Shown: positions 48,901 to 56,877 of the stretch, piece after piece
How the letters are laid out: the number at the start of each line of letters is the position of its first letter
Position numbering within the stretch: the stretch's first letter is position 1
IMG/VR virus record: IMGVR_UViG_3300044655_002046
Strand: one strand, 5' to 3'
DNA: 64,000 bases
Source: a virus
The notes under the pieces: generated by a model
Databases searched by the model: none
The model's input: only the letters and a program-made list of their open reading frames with translations
What the model was told of the DNA's origin: nothing
Translations under genes and position numbers: made by a program

Positions 48901-51900
48901 ATATATATGCCCACGCGTCTCGCTGGCGTCTAGCAGGGGATAAGGTATTGGGTGTAGAGGCTACTGAAGCTACCGTGCAGTCAATGGGCCAGAAGGGTCT
49001 TCGTCGTATAGCCTATGAGTTTCCCTCCTTCCGTATAGAGGGGAATAACGTTGTATTCAATACAACTATTAAGGATAGGGGATTTATCCTGAGTCCTGAG
49101 GATGTCAGGATAGCAGGTATCCAGTTCGGTAGTCACGAGAATGAGATAGCTGCTGCTACGGTAGATAAATGGATTATGCTGGCTCCCGGTAGTGCAGTAC
49201 GTGATATCTTCGAGAAGGTAGCCATTGAGTCTGGCTCGAAAACTACTATTGAACTGGAGGGCCTCAGTGATTTCCAGATACAGGAGTTGACTCGGTTCCA
49301 GGAACTCAACAACACTTATGAGGCCCGCGTTTATAATGACCTGGCAAGCTCGTATCTGCAGTCTATCACTGGTAATAAGATAGGTGTGACAGGTACTACT
49401 GGCGTGGGGGCCGCTAGCTGGTATGTACCTGTGCGCGGCGCCGTATTAGCAGAGGCTACTATGGAGCGCTTCGGTACGCGAGGTAGTCAGACACGAGAGG
49501 AGATACTCACTAGATTAGGAGACCATCTTAAGAATAACCTGTCTGTTATTGGCCAGTCAGGTGATAAGAGAATTGGGCGCAGGTTAATACAACAACAGAT
49601 ATACGCTATAACCGAGGGACTCAGTATAGCGGGCATGTATGGGCTGGAGACAGTAGTAGATAAAAGTAAGAACTTCCAGAGTAGGATAGCCGGTATAGGA
49701 AAACTAGCTCCTGCTTTACAGGCGGCTGAATATGCCCAATTAGAGATAGAAGTTAAGGCCGAGATGGATAGATTCAGTAGCATGAAATTCAGCGGCAGCG
49801 GGGATTCTCTGATATCTACTCTAGGTGAAGCCGAGATGGGCACAATACTAGAATCTCTGCCTGGAGCTAAGACTCATAAGTATATAGACCTGGGCCACTT
49901 ACCTGTTATTATCTCTGGGCTCGTGATAGGTAGTCAGGGCCCGGCCCGCTCTATCATACCTGATAATATGCGGATCTACATTGACACTAATGCATTAGGT
50001 AATAGGTTTGATAACCTGGATCTACTACAGGGCCGTATACGTAAGAATCCCATAGACCTATCCTTCTTCAGCGATACGCGCGGTAAGGATGGCGCTGAGA
50101 TGCTGAGTACATTCTCTACTAGACTAGATAGTCTAGAGAGAACTATTAATGATGTGACCTCTGCTGTAGATACGTACTTAGAGGGTAGGAGCCCGCGGGG
50201 CACTGATTTACATAATAGAGGTGGGGCCCTCATAACTCAGTATAGGAAGCTGGTAAGTGATGCAAATGCTGCCTATGCAGTGGAACTAGATACAGTAATG
50301 GCTAATCGTGCGGCGCGCGATTCATTATTCATAATGAATAGTACTCTGCAGGCTGATATGAGTATATTCTTCACTGAGCTGGAGTTAACGAGAGCCTGGA
50401 TTCAACGTAGCCCGCCTCCTGGTAACACCCATCTTGATAAGCTGGTGTTCGGACTAGATACACTCAATAGTATCAATAACATATACCGAGACCTGACAGG
50501 CAGTGGCTTTAACTTCTTTGATGATACTCGTAATAAGTCGTTGACTCTACTCAATCCCATCAGCTTTATAACTAGTAACCTAGGGGACTTCGATGGGGAT
50601 ACCTTCAGCGCTATATTCTTCAATTACTCTCAGATGAAGTTGCAGCGCGATGATATGCTGGAGCGTGCTAAGGAACGGCGGGAGATGGCATCTCAGGCCG
50701 CTGATCCCGCTAAGCGTACCATTCTAGAGAAGCAAGCTAGTGACCTAGAGACGCGCGCCAGTGCTCTACTGGATACTATACAGCAGGTAACTACTAATGC
50801 TAATTGGAATGAGTATACCGACTCAGTGTATAGCTGGGTAGCGGGCTATATGAAATTAGATAAGGGTATGCTGGAACAGAGAGGTATAGAGCATGCTCTG
50901 GTACTAGTAGAACAGGCCCGCGGTCTCTTCGGTATGATGGAGGATGTATATGCGCGTATACAGCCGGCCCATGAACCCCTATTAGAATTAATACAGCAGA
51001 GCAGAACTGATAGTGCAGTTGATATAGTTAATAGACTATCTACCTCTACAGACCAGAACATACTAACCGATCTCGTTAATAATCCCGATACGGGGCCGTT
51101 CGTGCGGGCTAGTCTACATGATATCCTGAGCGCTACAGGTAATGATCAGGAAGAGAAGGCCTATGACTTCCTGCATAAGCTAACTGCTGTTAATACCCGC
51201 GATAATCTCAGCAAGTACATGAAGCGCGCTGATGGTAGTGTCATGAGCGGGGGCCAATTTGATATGATGCAGAAGGTGCTGGGTCAGGCAGGTAGTGTAA
51301 TCCTTGGTAAGACGTATAACACTACCGTGGGTATGCTATACGAGCGCTCCCCTATCATGGCCGTATCTCACGCACTAGAGAATAGCTCGGCTCTACAGGA
51401 TGACATACGCCGTATACTAATAGACCAGGGTATGGCAGGCGGCATGAGCGCAGGTGATGCTAATCTAGAGGCCGATAGTAAGATAGCGGATATACAGAGA
51501 CTGGCCCGCCAGAGTAGAACAGAGGTAGGTGAGGTGGGTACATTCCTGCAGGAGATACAGCAAATGCTGCGGGACGCTATTAAGCCTAAGATGGGGGGCG
51601 CTGAGTTCCTAGAGAACTTATCGCAGTACCATAAGCGTTTTGTAGATGCTGTCGATGATGTGGAGCGCCAGCGCGTAGTAGATGATATGAGTAAGCTACT
51701 ACCGTCTATAACTCCTCTATTTAAGTTAGATGCGTATATAGGGGCTCATAAGGAATTACTGGCATCAGCTACTAATGATGCTCAGGACTCTAAGATTAAT
51801 GATCTACTGACTAAACTATCCATTGGAGAGACTGAGCAGTTAGATTTATCCCGCCGATTGAGTGTACTGCGAGGAGATGAGATAGGTACTCATAGCCGCG

Positions 51901-53666
51901 CCCTCATAGCCAGTTATCAACTACGACAGGACCTAGTGGGTATGACGGCTGTATTCGCCTTCGAGCGGGCTATGCCAACCGATAAGGCAGGTAACCCCAT
52001 TAGCTCTGGTAGAGGCCTAGCAGAGAGTGTAGAGACCTACATAAATAGTGAGCCCGCGCGGGCCGCTCAGATAGATACTCTCATAGCAGGGGGCATCACT
52101 AATGGCCTCACCGAGATGGAGATAGAAGTAGAAGAGTTCCAGAACTTCACTCGTGATGTAATAGGAGATAAGCGCTTCCAGGATATGGGTACAGATACTA
52201 AGCGTTTATTAGCTATGAACTTCCTACGTAGTAGAGAGAGCGCATCGCTCTGGGCTAATACTGATGGCAGTAAGCTACTGCGCTTCGCTATTAATGATAG
52301 TACCCGCTCCACACTATACGGAGGACAATTAGAGGATGTACTCGGTCAGGATCTGATTACTGCCGCCGGTGACCCTACTGGCTCAGGAGCTAGTCCGCTA
52401 GTTAGATCACTGTTACAGGCTGTATCGGCCGGGAAGATAAACGAGCCTGAGCAGGTAACACGGGCCCTCGAGTCTCTTATGGATACCTTCACCCACGCTG
52501 ATGGTAAGCGCTACGAGATAGCAGATATCTTTAGTGTGTTACTCAATAGTGGTACCCCTAGCCCAGCTGATAAGGAGATAGCAGAGTTTATTCAGAAGAC
52601 AGTTCTCACAGATGAGACGGCCACTAGTCGATTGGTTACTTATGTTCGCGCTACAGCACTAGGTCAGCAGGTAGATACAGCTGATAGGCTAGTAGAGGAG
52701 CTACGGGACTATGAGAGCCGTGACGTCGATACGCGCTATATAAAGCTGCTACAGGATATGGGTGTCGCCCCAGATAGAGCTAAGGAACTATCAGCTCGTC
52801 GACGCGATTACCTACTGGCCGGCTCTCCTCCTGATATGGACCCACTGGACCCCAGCCCGCGACCGGCCCGCCCTATCTTACGTGTAGCAGATGATCTACC
52901 TATTCTTAACAATACTGCCGGTAATCTAATGGATGTACTTCTCTTCCCCCTAATGGCACTGGCAGGAGATATGATTAGTAGTGGTGGAGCCCGCCCCGAG
53001 GCAATGCAGCAGACTATGGGTAATATGCTAGGTGCTATGGCTTACGTAAGCGCCCCAGCAGGTAACCAGATGGGACGTTTCGCCGCAGGTACTCTGATGA
53101 GTATGGGATTCAAGGGACGCCTAGCAGGTCAACTACACGAGGACTATACAATCGGTGTCGGTATGCTACTAGCACAAGAAATAGCCTTTGGCGCAACAGC
53201 TCAACTCGCAGGCCGCTATATCATCAACCCATTCGTAGAGAAGACACTCGGTAAGGCCCCCACAATAGACTCTGACCCATTCGCGGGCCTGCGTAATGTA
53301 GCTAGCAACGTCATCACGGGAGCATTGAGTCTCGTATCAGCAGGCTTCGTAAATAAGTTACTCCATCGTGGGTTAGAGGTCAGTATGCAGCGTAGTATAG
53401 CCCCCGTGGCTCTAGACGCTGTTAGTGCCGGTATACGCGCTACTCAAGAGAGTATGAATCGAGCTCGCATGGAACGAGAGGATAATGCTGAAACCGAGGT
53501 CGTGGATGACACGGGCTCCCCTGTTGAGTTCTTCGTACAAACTATATTCAATGGTGATGAATACGACACTTATGACGCCCTCTACATGAGCGACCTAACA
53601 GTAGACCGTCCTAATAGTATGGCCTATCGAGATGAGAACGAGAGTTACTCTATGGATCTGGTTTAA
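42978..53666 (+). CDS. Giant virion protein (~3540 aa; likely ATG at 43050): PLD-like domains, putative two-barrel RNA polymerase, tape-measure-like C-terminus
   Basis: HPKFFVSD..GTMN (H287); HVK..GSSN (H566); ERGLAK1506 and ISPTNLK1549; QR2477SPP; NPISFITSNLGD2537FDGD; Gly/Ala-rich hydrophobic helices at ~52920-53360. Confidence 0.7.
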   Translation: MRPLPAKVGSFSAIALFNRFCTLLMDINSSLFSSNRFNDSARWNALYRIPEDTRSRLLQGYNPLEVLIDPSFIPPGTDASMEMVLADAFYDRVVDTSSSRAAISSLWDSMEGPARQEYFEYMAGMGGTATPARTQTDDMLNWMAQRDQLTMRSNLEGIDDERRLLLENRSSMLDLLSDDGYNVRPGLLPIAALVDTAERELRIDIYQFQNERAIDMVGEAVERMAGSGLGGRVVVRMAAPSETDGDSRKNYDILGPNIMFYKRLSYLRDRFGTDVDIDIQWADRRNHPKFFVSDRAALIGTMNVTRPLGQSLEQAGSNVEFTRTIRTNLTYSQIQNADRGILPDSMTRADKLYLQARDIMDRLDGGDRVLFTGQDSIGGAGDVNTALRRHVNELTNIPTIDGKTGRLYMVLNQVFLLKHDKSLMASQLKGEMGENPESERILSGYQAYMQAREQEYSKLQANVLDLIIGGRARVGVDVHTYREDVQDPMNRLLLSNQKLAAELSQSNYDVTRWIKENRGSDVSDMANVLNTYGFYSGDLEGRQRMARQLLAIASGNIEPTAVPRSHVKAYLATYENDVINQGAGLGMQNIDNRQTFDILGGSQGSSNYGLNSLADNDDPLSRRLVNQEINMIYDRVSGTSPLSLSDEERDEENREYARAFYKLQSSLGIQRIGETHYSGRDRRSMYGNRVDRGAILDLIDEIERVNAAVGSEVIGIQQDYDGLNLEGATLTLNKGLPTQRIYKWGAYKDASGRGPAAFIDISGGRQIESAELFNTGTMRMELAIEHDGRGVGLDPRRRLRLNPLDVVVGLMSSIALESETTRLVRAPLIEYQRYYSPDNIRAAQAVQRNPGAQYQSAMNFFEKLLGVSGLDLTTDEGTSRVQQGLSNLTSLFYSSDPDLDRIRDLASISRTDSRRRVAFEELSNIFLTYARSIDERGQPIIDLEAHRRGALNLAANKLYEIMDQGPMFADVLFKFIESQSDSRYKTDVRERLKEIHDSAFAAFLTPTQARNYGTTQASNRLLAYGFGQGRQPAGISIVNAALRRIKANDTTFSNLSAFAYTASPLPIGPVSDLGVGDDFLFVRVAEGNVSPTTTDESQYFTAYSNVLPLSRGATASEVFDLSIIRSAGVGNIIRRDELSEYMKAVSHLGIDRSLLEAEFDARGDNLLRFFFDPNKPDQMPQRLKNVIGMRPLMDISEGYTQVLELVSPINTGKVIPELTPVRYQARYGGSNVDVLQGSMYQDAYLADLRAGLEARGLDSSIVDDSYRYGAIFSGRISRFMSSEAAVELEAIRDELADRLGIDSEDIPTEDDSVLAELFRATIVQSQLFASRERGLIGSGQARPTVMIMALEGAYSDYAYANPLHRVRRGFLDQATKSSKASLLGRDWTFDNILVSSDDRIVFDEREQRYYLLDREGRRKQTITSRSEMRVFLDQIESTSRNPKMGASMATSAAAGIRGEYAIEQLLQVSRLTGSDATNEVQVQIQFLRTLLEGGSRRVEAERGLAKIVPVFLSEDIMRSEVFPTIQQGGYHSALEIEDIQYIISPTNLKSYAFNHGATLLTYNGGELFRRGVLERNDQQIAAALLSIADSRLFSNSSNINIDSVHIEIAQLAAQGRLGNYYRDLYMSTMLELMRSGKLGDDSPHLEIGRKLVRGSDDAINRLQSPVLRAIDISEIMAALRSGTSSGALSDKVGLMVDAADAARRGYVDTGAMGRGFERAALAGNLEIMMQLMSLNNTLELKTAPVTGSDSISRHAYAAMSAIAGVTQADEMNIGQENVAAMLDRLSNYSRYVVLYNAVMGSSSKVPLSSKDTAQLEMQHIVSSPFMANVDKFKRDGSVDSMRRAILGVMKMAIGADPNKIAVDDIPMYDLASLDFHANSTLGEILLGAYNDARAPLSDITNLRERYRQFHTALSLLESASDTDMVSYTRGSGLDTTNVTHTILDEIAAWVGQPAGTDRDTLRSVVRQSLRVLKNDIYAHASRWRLAGDKVLGVEATEATVQSMGQKGLRRIAYEFPSFRIEGNNVVFNTTIKDRGFILSPEDVRIAGIQFGSHENEIAAATVDKWIMLAPGSAVRDIFEKVAIESGSKTTIELEGLSDFQIQELTRFQELNNTYEARVYNDLASSYLQSITGNKIGVTGTTGVGAASWYVPVRGAVLAEATMERFGTRGSQTREEILTRLGDHLKNNLSVIGQSGDKRIGRRLIQQQIYAITEGLSIAGMYGLETVVDKSKNFQSRIAGIGKLAPALQAAEYAQLEIEVKAEMDRFSSMKFSGSGDSLISTLGEAEMGTILESLPGAKTHKYIDLGHLPVIISGLVIGSQGPARSIIPDNMRIYIDTNALGNRFDNLDLLQGRIRKNPIDLSFFSDTRGKDGAEMLSTFSTRLDSLERTINDVTSAVDTYLEGRSPRGTDLHNRGGALITQYRKLVSDANAAYAVELDTVMANRAARDSLFIMNSTLQADMSIFFTELELTRAWIQRSPPPGNTHLDKLVFGLDTLNSINNIYRDLTGSGFNFFDDTRNKSLTLLNPISFITSNLGDFDGDTFSAIFFNYSQMKLQRDDMLERAKERREMASQAADPAKRTILEKQASDLETRASALLDTIQQVTTNANWNEYTDSVYSWVAGYMKLDKGMLEQRGIEHALVLVEQARGLFGMMEDVYARIQPAHEPLLELIQQSRTDSAVDIVNRLSTSTDQNILTDLVNNPDTGPFVRASLHDILSATGNDQEEKAYDFLHKLTAVNTRDNLSKYMKRADGSVMSGGQFDMMQKVLGQAGSVILGKTYNTTVGMLYERSPIMAVSHALENSSALQDDIRRILIDQGMAGGMSAGDANLEADSKIADIQRLARQSRTEVGEVGTFLQEIQQMLRDAIKPKMGGAEFLENLSQYHKRFVDAVDDVERQRVVDDMSKLLPSITPLFKLDAYIGAHKELLASATNDAQDSKINDLLTKLSIGETEQLDLSRRLSVLRGDEIGTHSRALIASYQLRQDLVGMTAVFAFERAMPTDKAGNPISSGRGLAESVETYINSEPARAAQIDTLIAGGITNGLTEMEIEVEEFQNFTRDVIGDKRFQDMGTDTKRLLAMNFLRSRESASLWANTDGSKLLRFAINDSTRSTLYGGQLEDVLGQDLITAAGDPTGSGASPLVRSLLQAVSAGKINEPEQVTRALESLMDTFTHADGKRYEIADIFSVLLNSGTPSPADKEIAEFIQKTVLTDETATSRLVTYVRATALGQQVDTADRLVEELRDYESRDVDTRYIKLLQDMGVAPDRAKELSARRRDYLLAGSPPDMDPLDPSPRPARPILRVADDLPILNNTAGNLMDVLLFPLMALAGDMISSGGARPEAMQQTMGNMLGAMAYVSAPAGNQMGRFAAGTLMSMGFKGRLAGQLHEDYTIGVGMLLAQEIAFGATAQLAGRYIINPFVEKTLGKAPTIDSDPFAGLRNVASNVITGALSLVSAGFVNKLLHRGLEVSMQRSIAPVALDAVSAGIRATQESMNRARMEREDNAETEVVDDTGSPVEFFVQTIFNGDEYDTYDALYMSDLTVDRPNSMAYRDENESYSMDLV

Positions 53667-53925
53667 CTAGCTTCTCTATCATACGCAGTGGTACTATATT
53701 GCAGGTAACCACTAGCGTAGTACTGTGCACATATTGATTAGATAACTCTATCAAATTACCTGACTTATCGAATAGTGAAAAGCGACACTCGATAGGACCA
53801 TTAATGGGCGGCACCTCGAAACGAGTGAAGTGAAATGGCTCATCCGCAGCAGTCATCCCAGCGAATATTATAGTCGGTAGTGATGTTATCTCGTATGTGA
53901 GTCTGTAGTCTGAGAGTATTACCAT
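53650..53925 (-). CDS. Hypothetical protein
   Basis: ORF track; chain of overlapping minus-strand ORFs. Confidence 0.5.
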   Translation of the reverse strand: MVILSDYRLTYEITSLPTIIFAGMTAADEPFHFTRFEVPPINGPIECRFSLFDKSGNLIELSNQYVHSTTLVVTCNIVPLRMIEKLVKPDP

Positions 53926-54173
53926 GCTAATTGAGTAGGACTTACGTGAATATTAAATTCTAGTACGCCGTACTCCATCAGCATGGCGCATATATATCCT
54001 ATATTATCCCCTATATCATCTTCTATGGCTAGTACTGCCTCGTATGGTTCCAACTTCTCTACTATAATATTGTCCTCCCCCGCTGTCTGTAGCCAGCCAA
54101 AGGCATCCTCTCCTATTGTATGTGACCAATCAAGGGACTGATGCTGTGAGAATGTAATTGATATATAAGTCAA
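53919..54173 (-). CDS. Hypothetical acidic protein
   Basis: ORF track; ATGA overlap with the upstream gene. Confidence 0.55.
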   Translation of the reverse strand: MTYISITFSQHQSLDWSHTIGEDAFGWLQTAGEDNIIVEKLEPYEAVLAIEDDIGDNIGYICAMLMEYGVLEFNIHVSPTQLAW

Positions 54174-54418
54174 CGTATAACTCCTGATTTCTTAAGGTAG
54201 TGTCCTAAGTAAACGTATAGTAACTTAAGGTGCTGAAGATAGGTACGGTTAACTCCGCGTAGTAATCTCTTACTTATTCTAATCCTAAGGATATCTATAT
54301 CAGCCGGTGTATCTAGGTAATATAAATGTAGGAGTTGGTGCATGTCCTCTGGCTCCAACTCCTCTAACTTCACCTTATCTAGTGGCGCTAGCTTATCTAG
54401 TAGTATTAGCTTGTCCAT
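54170..54418 (-). CDS. Hypothetical protein
   Basis: ORF track. Confidence 0.55.
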   Translation of the reverse strand: MDKLILLDKLAPLDKVKLEELEPEDMHQLLHLYYLDTPADIDILRIRISKRLLRGVNRTYLQHLKLLYVYLGHYLKKSGVIR

Positions 54419-55272
54419 GATCCATTCCCCTGGCGAGCCCAGTAATTATCTACTAATGGGGCTGTATCCCCACCGTTATTCCAGAAGTTCTGCGGCATAC
54501 TACTCCTATTGGGGGGTAATAATCTGGTCTCTAGACTAGAGCCTACGGGGTGCTGTAGTATATCGCTCTCTCCTGAGTGATTTATCTCGGGACTGAAGCG
54601 AGAGAATAGATACTCCCCCCAGAACTCCACGGTTACGGTACAGGGGGCCTCTAGTAATAACTCTAGTAGTTTAATACGTATAATAGGCCGGTGCAATAAG
54701 AATATACCACTGACTCCCTGGGCCGGCCCATCAGGAGTCTGTAGTATTTCTACCGTATGAGATACGGGGGGATCTACGACTACACGGGCGGCCACCCTCT
54801 TACCTGCATTGACTAGAGGTAATACATAGGGTGTAGTAGGAACGGTACCCTGCCATACTAGCGTATCTACACACTTAGGTCTATAGTGCTTCTCCTGCCT
54901 ATACGTATTAATACGCTTCTGCCACCGCAGGAAATCACTATCACTGGGCGGGCCCATATTATAGGGATTAGACACTGAGCCAGAGTATACGTCCTCGTAG
55001 AAGGGGCGTATGAGTCTATAGTAGTGATCTGCCTCATACACACGAGAGTATTGGCCCAGGCTGACCATATCTAATCGTACGGGGTCTGTTTCATTGAAGC
55101 GTATCTCGTGATATCGGCGACTATACACGCGGGCTCCCTGTGTGGTAACCTGCTGCTCTCCTACTACCCATTCCTCCTCCAATTCACTATTGAACTGCTG
55201 TATGACAGCATTAGTAGTAGCGGGGGGTGAGTTTATGGTAGTAGGTTGTGGATCTCTATTAAATGTAAGCAT
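54406..55272 (-). CDS. Hypothetical protein coupled to PAAR
   Basis: ORF track; TAATG overlap at 55272. Confidence 0.6.
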   Translation of the reverse strand: MLTFNRDPQPTTINSPPATTNAVIQQFNSELEEEWVVGEQQVTTQGARVYSRRYHEIRFNETDPVRLDMVSLGQYSRVYEADHYYRLIRPFYEDVYSGSVSNPYNMGPPSDSDFLRWQKRINTYRQEKHYRPKCVDTLVWQGTVPTTPYVLPLVNAGKRVAARVVVDPPVSHTVEILQTPDGPAQGVSGIFLLHRPIIRIKLLELLLEAPCTVTVEFWGEYLFSRFSPEINHSGESDILQHPVGSSLETRLLPPNRSSMPQNFWNNGGDTAPLVDNYWARQGNGSWTS

Positions 55273-55529
55273 TAATCTATGAAGGTATCCTCACTACCTG
55301 TTACTATAACGCCGCAGAAGACGCGATCTATAATACTCACGGCGGGTATGCCATTAATGAACGTGCGCGGGCTGCCAGTGATAGCGGGCCCCGGCACTGA
55401 CTTGTCTCCTATTCGTATGGCGGGTCTACCATTAATCATAGTATCAGGACTACCTGTGTAGAAAGGCCCGCTGGGTATCCCGGGGCATATGCTTCTCACC
55501 ATATCTCCTATCCTGCACGCTGGAAACAT
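55272..55529 (-). CDS. PAAR-repeat spike-tip protein
   Basis: PACRIGD...GSPDTMINGRPAIRIGD...GSPRTFINGIPAV..ID; AGGAGG RBS. Confidence 0.92.
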   Translation of the reverse strand: MFPACRIGDMVRSICPGIPSGPFYTGSPDTMINGRPAIRIGDKSVPGPAITGSPRTFINGIPAVSIIDRVFCGVIVTGSEDTFID

Positions 55530-55731
55530 TTGGTCTACTATCCTCCTTATGATTGCAATTAATCATCATATGATTACTGGTATCTATACTCATCTCCCCC
55601 TGACCTACACGGATTACCACTCCCTCGTAGTCTACTGTGATATACGGGCCGGCCCATGTAAGATGAGCTCGACTCAGTAGGCGTACTAGAGTTAGTAAAT
55701 TACTTAAGAATCGTATTAGTTTCACCACCAT
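55450..55731 (-). CDS. Hypothetical protein overlapping the PAAR start
   Basis: ORF track; 80-nt overlap makes the 3' end doubtful. Confidence 0.35.
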   Translation of the reverse strand: MVVKLIRFLSNLLTLVRLLSRAHLTWAGPYITVDYEGVVIRVGQGEMSIDTSNHMMINCNHKEDSRPNVSSVQDRRYGEKHMPRDTQRAFLHR

Positions 55732-56071
55732 GCTCCGACTTACCGTACGTGTGTTCTGGGGCCTGCTCTGTTATAAAGATAGTGTACCCCTCGTCTTCTA
55801 GTGCTTGCATCAAGTCCTCCTGATTAACCTCAGCTGAGGGACAGTCTAGCAATTCTATCTGCTCCTGAAGCCACTCACATCCATCTTCATCTAGGCTATT
55901 GTAAGCCATATAAACTGCTAATTCTATCTGCTCGGCCTCTGTGAATAATAGAGCGATGACATCTAGAATAGCCTCAGTGGCTTCCTCATTTCTCTTGATT
56001 ACTGTTGCTACTAGTAGTTGACTAGCACAATCTTCGAGTTGTGTGTGCATGTTTTTCAATGATAATACCAT
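55700..56071 (-). CDS. Hypothetical acidic protein
   Basis: ORF track. Confidence 0.55.
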   Translation of the reverse strand: MVLSLKNMHTQLEDCASQLLVATVIKRNEEATEAILDVIALLFTEAEQIELAVYMAYNSLDEDGCEWLQEQIELLDCPSAEVNQEDLMQALEDEGYTIFITEQAPEHTYGKSEHGGETNTILK

Positions 56072-56098
56072 ACTTCAATCCATTCTAAACTATATTCT

Positions 56099-56812
56099 AT
56101 GTATAAAAGTAGTACCCTCGTGATATGGAGTGGCCCTTCTCTCTGGGACAGCCAACCTATAGTAGTTCTCGCCAGTGGATTCCAGCGCCCCAGTATGAAC
56201 CGTAAGACGGGCTTTATGATACAGACATATATTCTGCGTCAGGAGGGCTCGCCTATATCTAATATACAGTCTGGTGCCGATAGTAGTATATGCGGTGATT
56301 GTCCTCTGCGGAGACGGGTGTGTTATGTGGACCCGCGGGCCTCTAATAACCTATGGCGTATGTGGGAACGAGGTGATCTCGATACATGGAATAATACTAC
56401 GCTACCATTCCCCCTGCGCCTGGGGGCCTACGGTGATCCAGCTATGGTGCCCCTCTCTGCCTGGCTACCTCTAATTAATAAGGCACCAGGATGGACTGGT
56501 TATACCCATCGATGGCGTGACTGTGACCCTGAGTGGCGAAACTATCTCCATGCTAGTGTAGAGTCATACGAGGATTTGAAGCTGGCTCACTCTATGGGCT
56601 GGGCTACTTATCGAGTTGCTGTAGATGGTGAGCTACCTATTAGAGGAGAGCAGGCCTGTCTCTATTCAGTTAACGGGACTCAGTGTAGCGCGTGTCTTAA
56701 ATGTAGTGGCAATACAGGTAAGAATATAGTTATACCAGTGCACGGCGTGGCCTACAAGATACAGGTATTCAACAAGCTTAGGTCAGCTATGCCAGATTTA
56801 ACTCAAGGCTGA
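56099..56812 (+). CDS. Radical-SAM-like phage protein (gp88-like)
   Basis: CGDCPLRRRVCYV, LRLGAYGDP, WTGYTH and a C-terminal CSACLKC. Confidence 0.7.
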   Translation: MYKSSTLVIWSGPSLWDSQPIVVLASGFQRPSMNRKTGFMIQTYILRQEGSPISNIQSGADSSICGDCPLRRRVCYVDPRASNNLWRMWERGDLDTWNNTTLPFPLRLGAYGDPAMVPLSAWLPLINKAPGWTGYTHRWRDCDPEWRNYLHASVESYEDLKLAHSMGWATYRVAVDGELPIRGEQACLYSVNGTQCSACLKCSGNTGKNIVIPVHGVAYKIQVFNKLRSAMPDLTQG

Positions 56813-56877
56813 TTAGTATTGATTGACTTTGAGAAGATTAAGTGTTGCGCCCTCAATCAATCTGGTGCTTACTGCTT

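Noticed and set aside
50586-50600. DFDGD as a calcium-binding FG-GAP/EF-hand-like repeat
   Set aside because: Single occurrence, no beta-propeller repeats, and it comes with upstream RSP and lysine motifs in RNAP-like order. Not fully excluded without a structure search.
43979-52312. Minus-strand ORFs inside the giant gene
   Set aside because: Shadow frames with Ser/Ile-rich, featureless translations.
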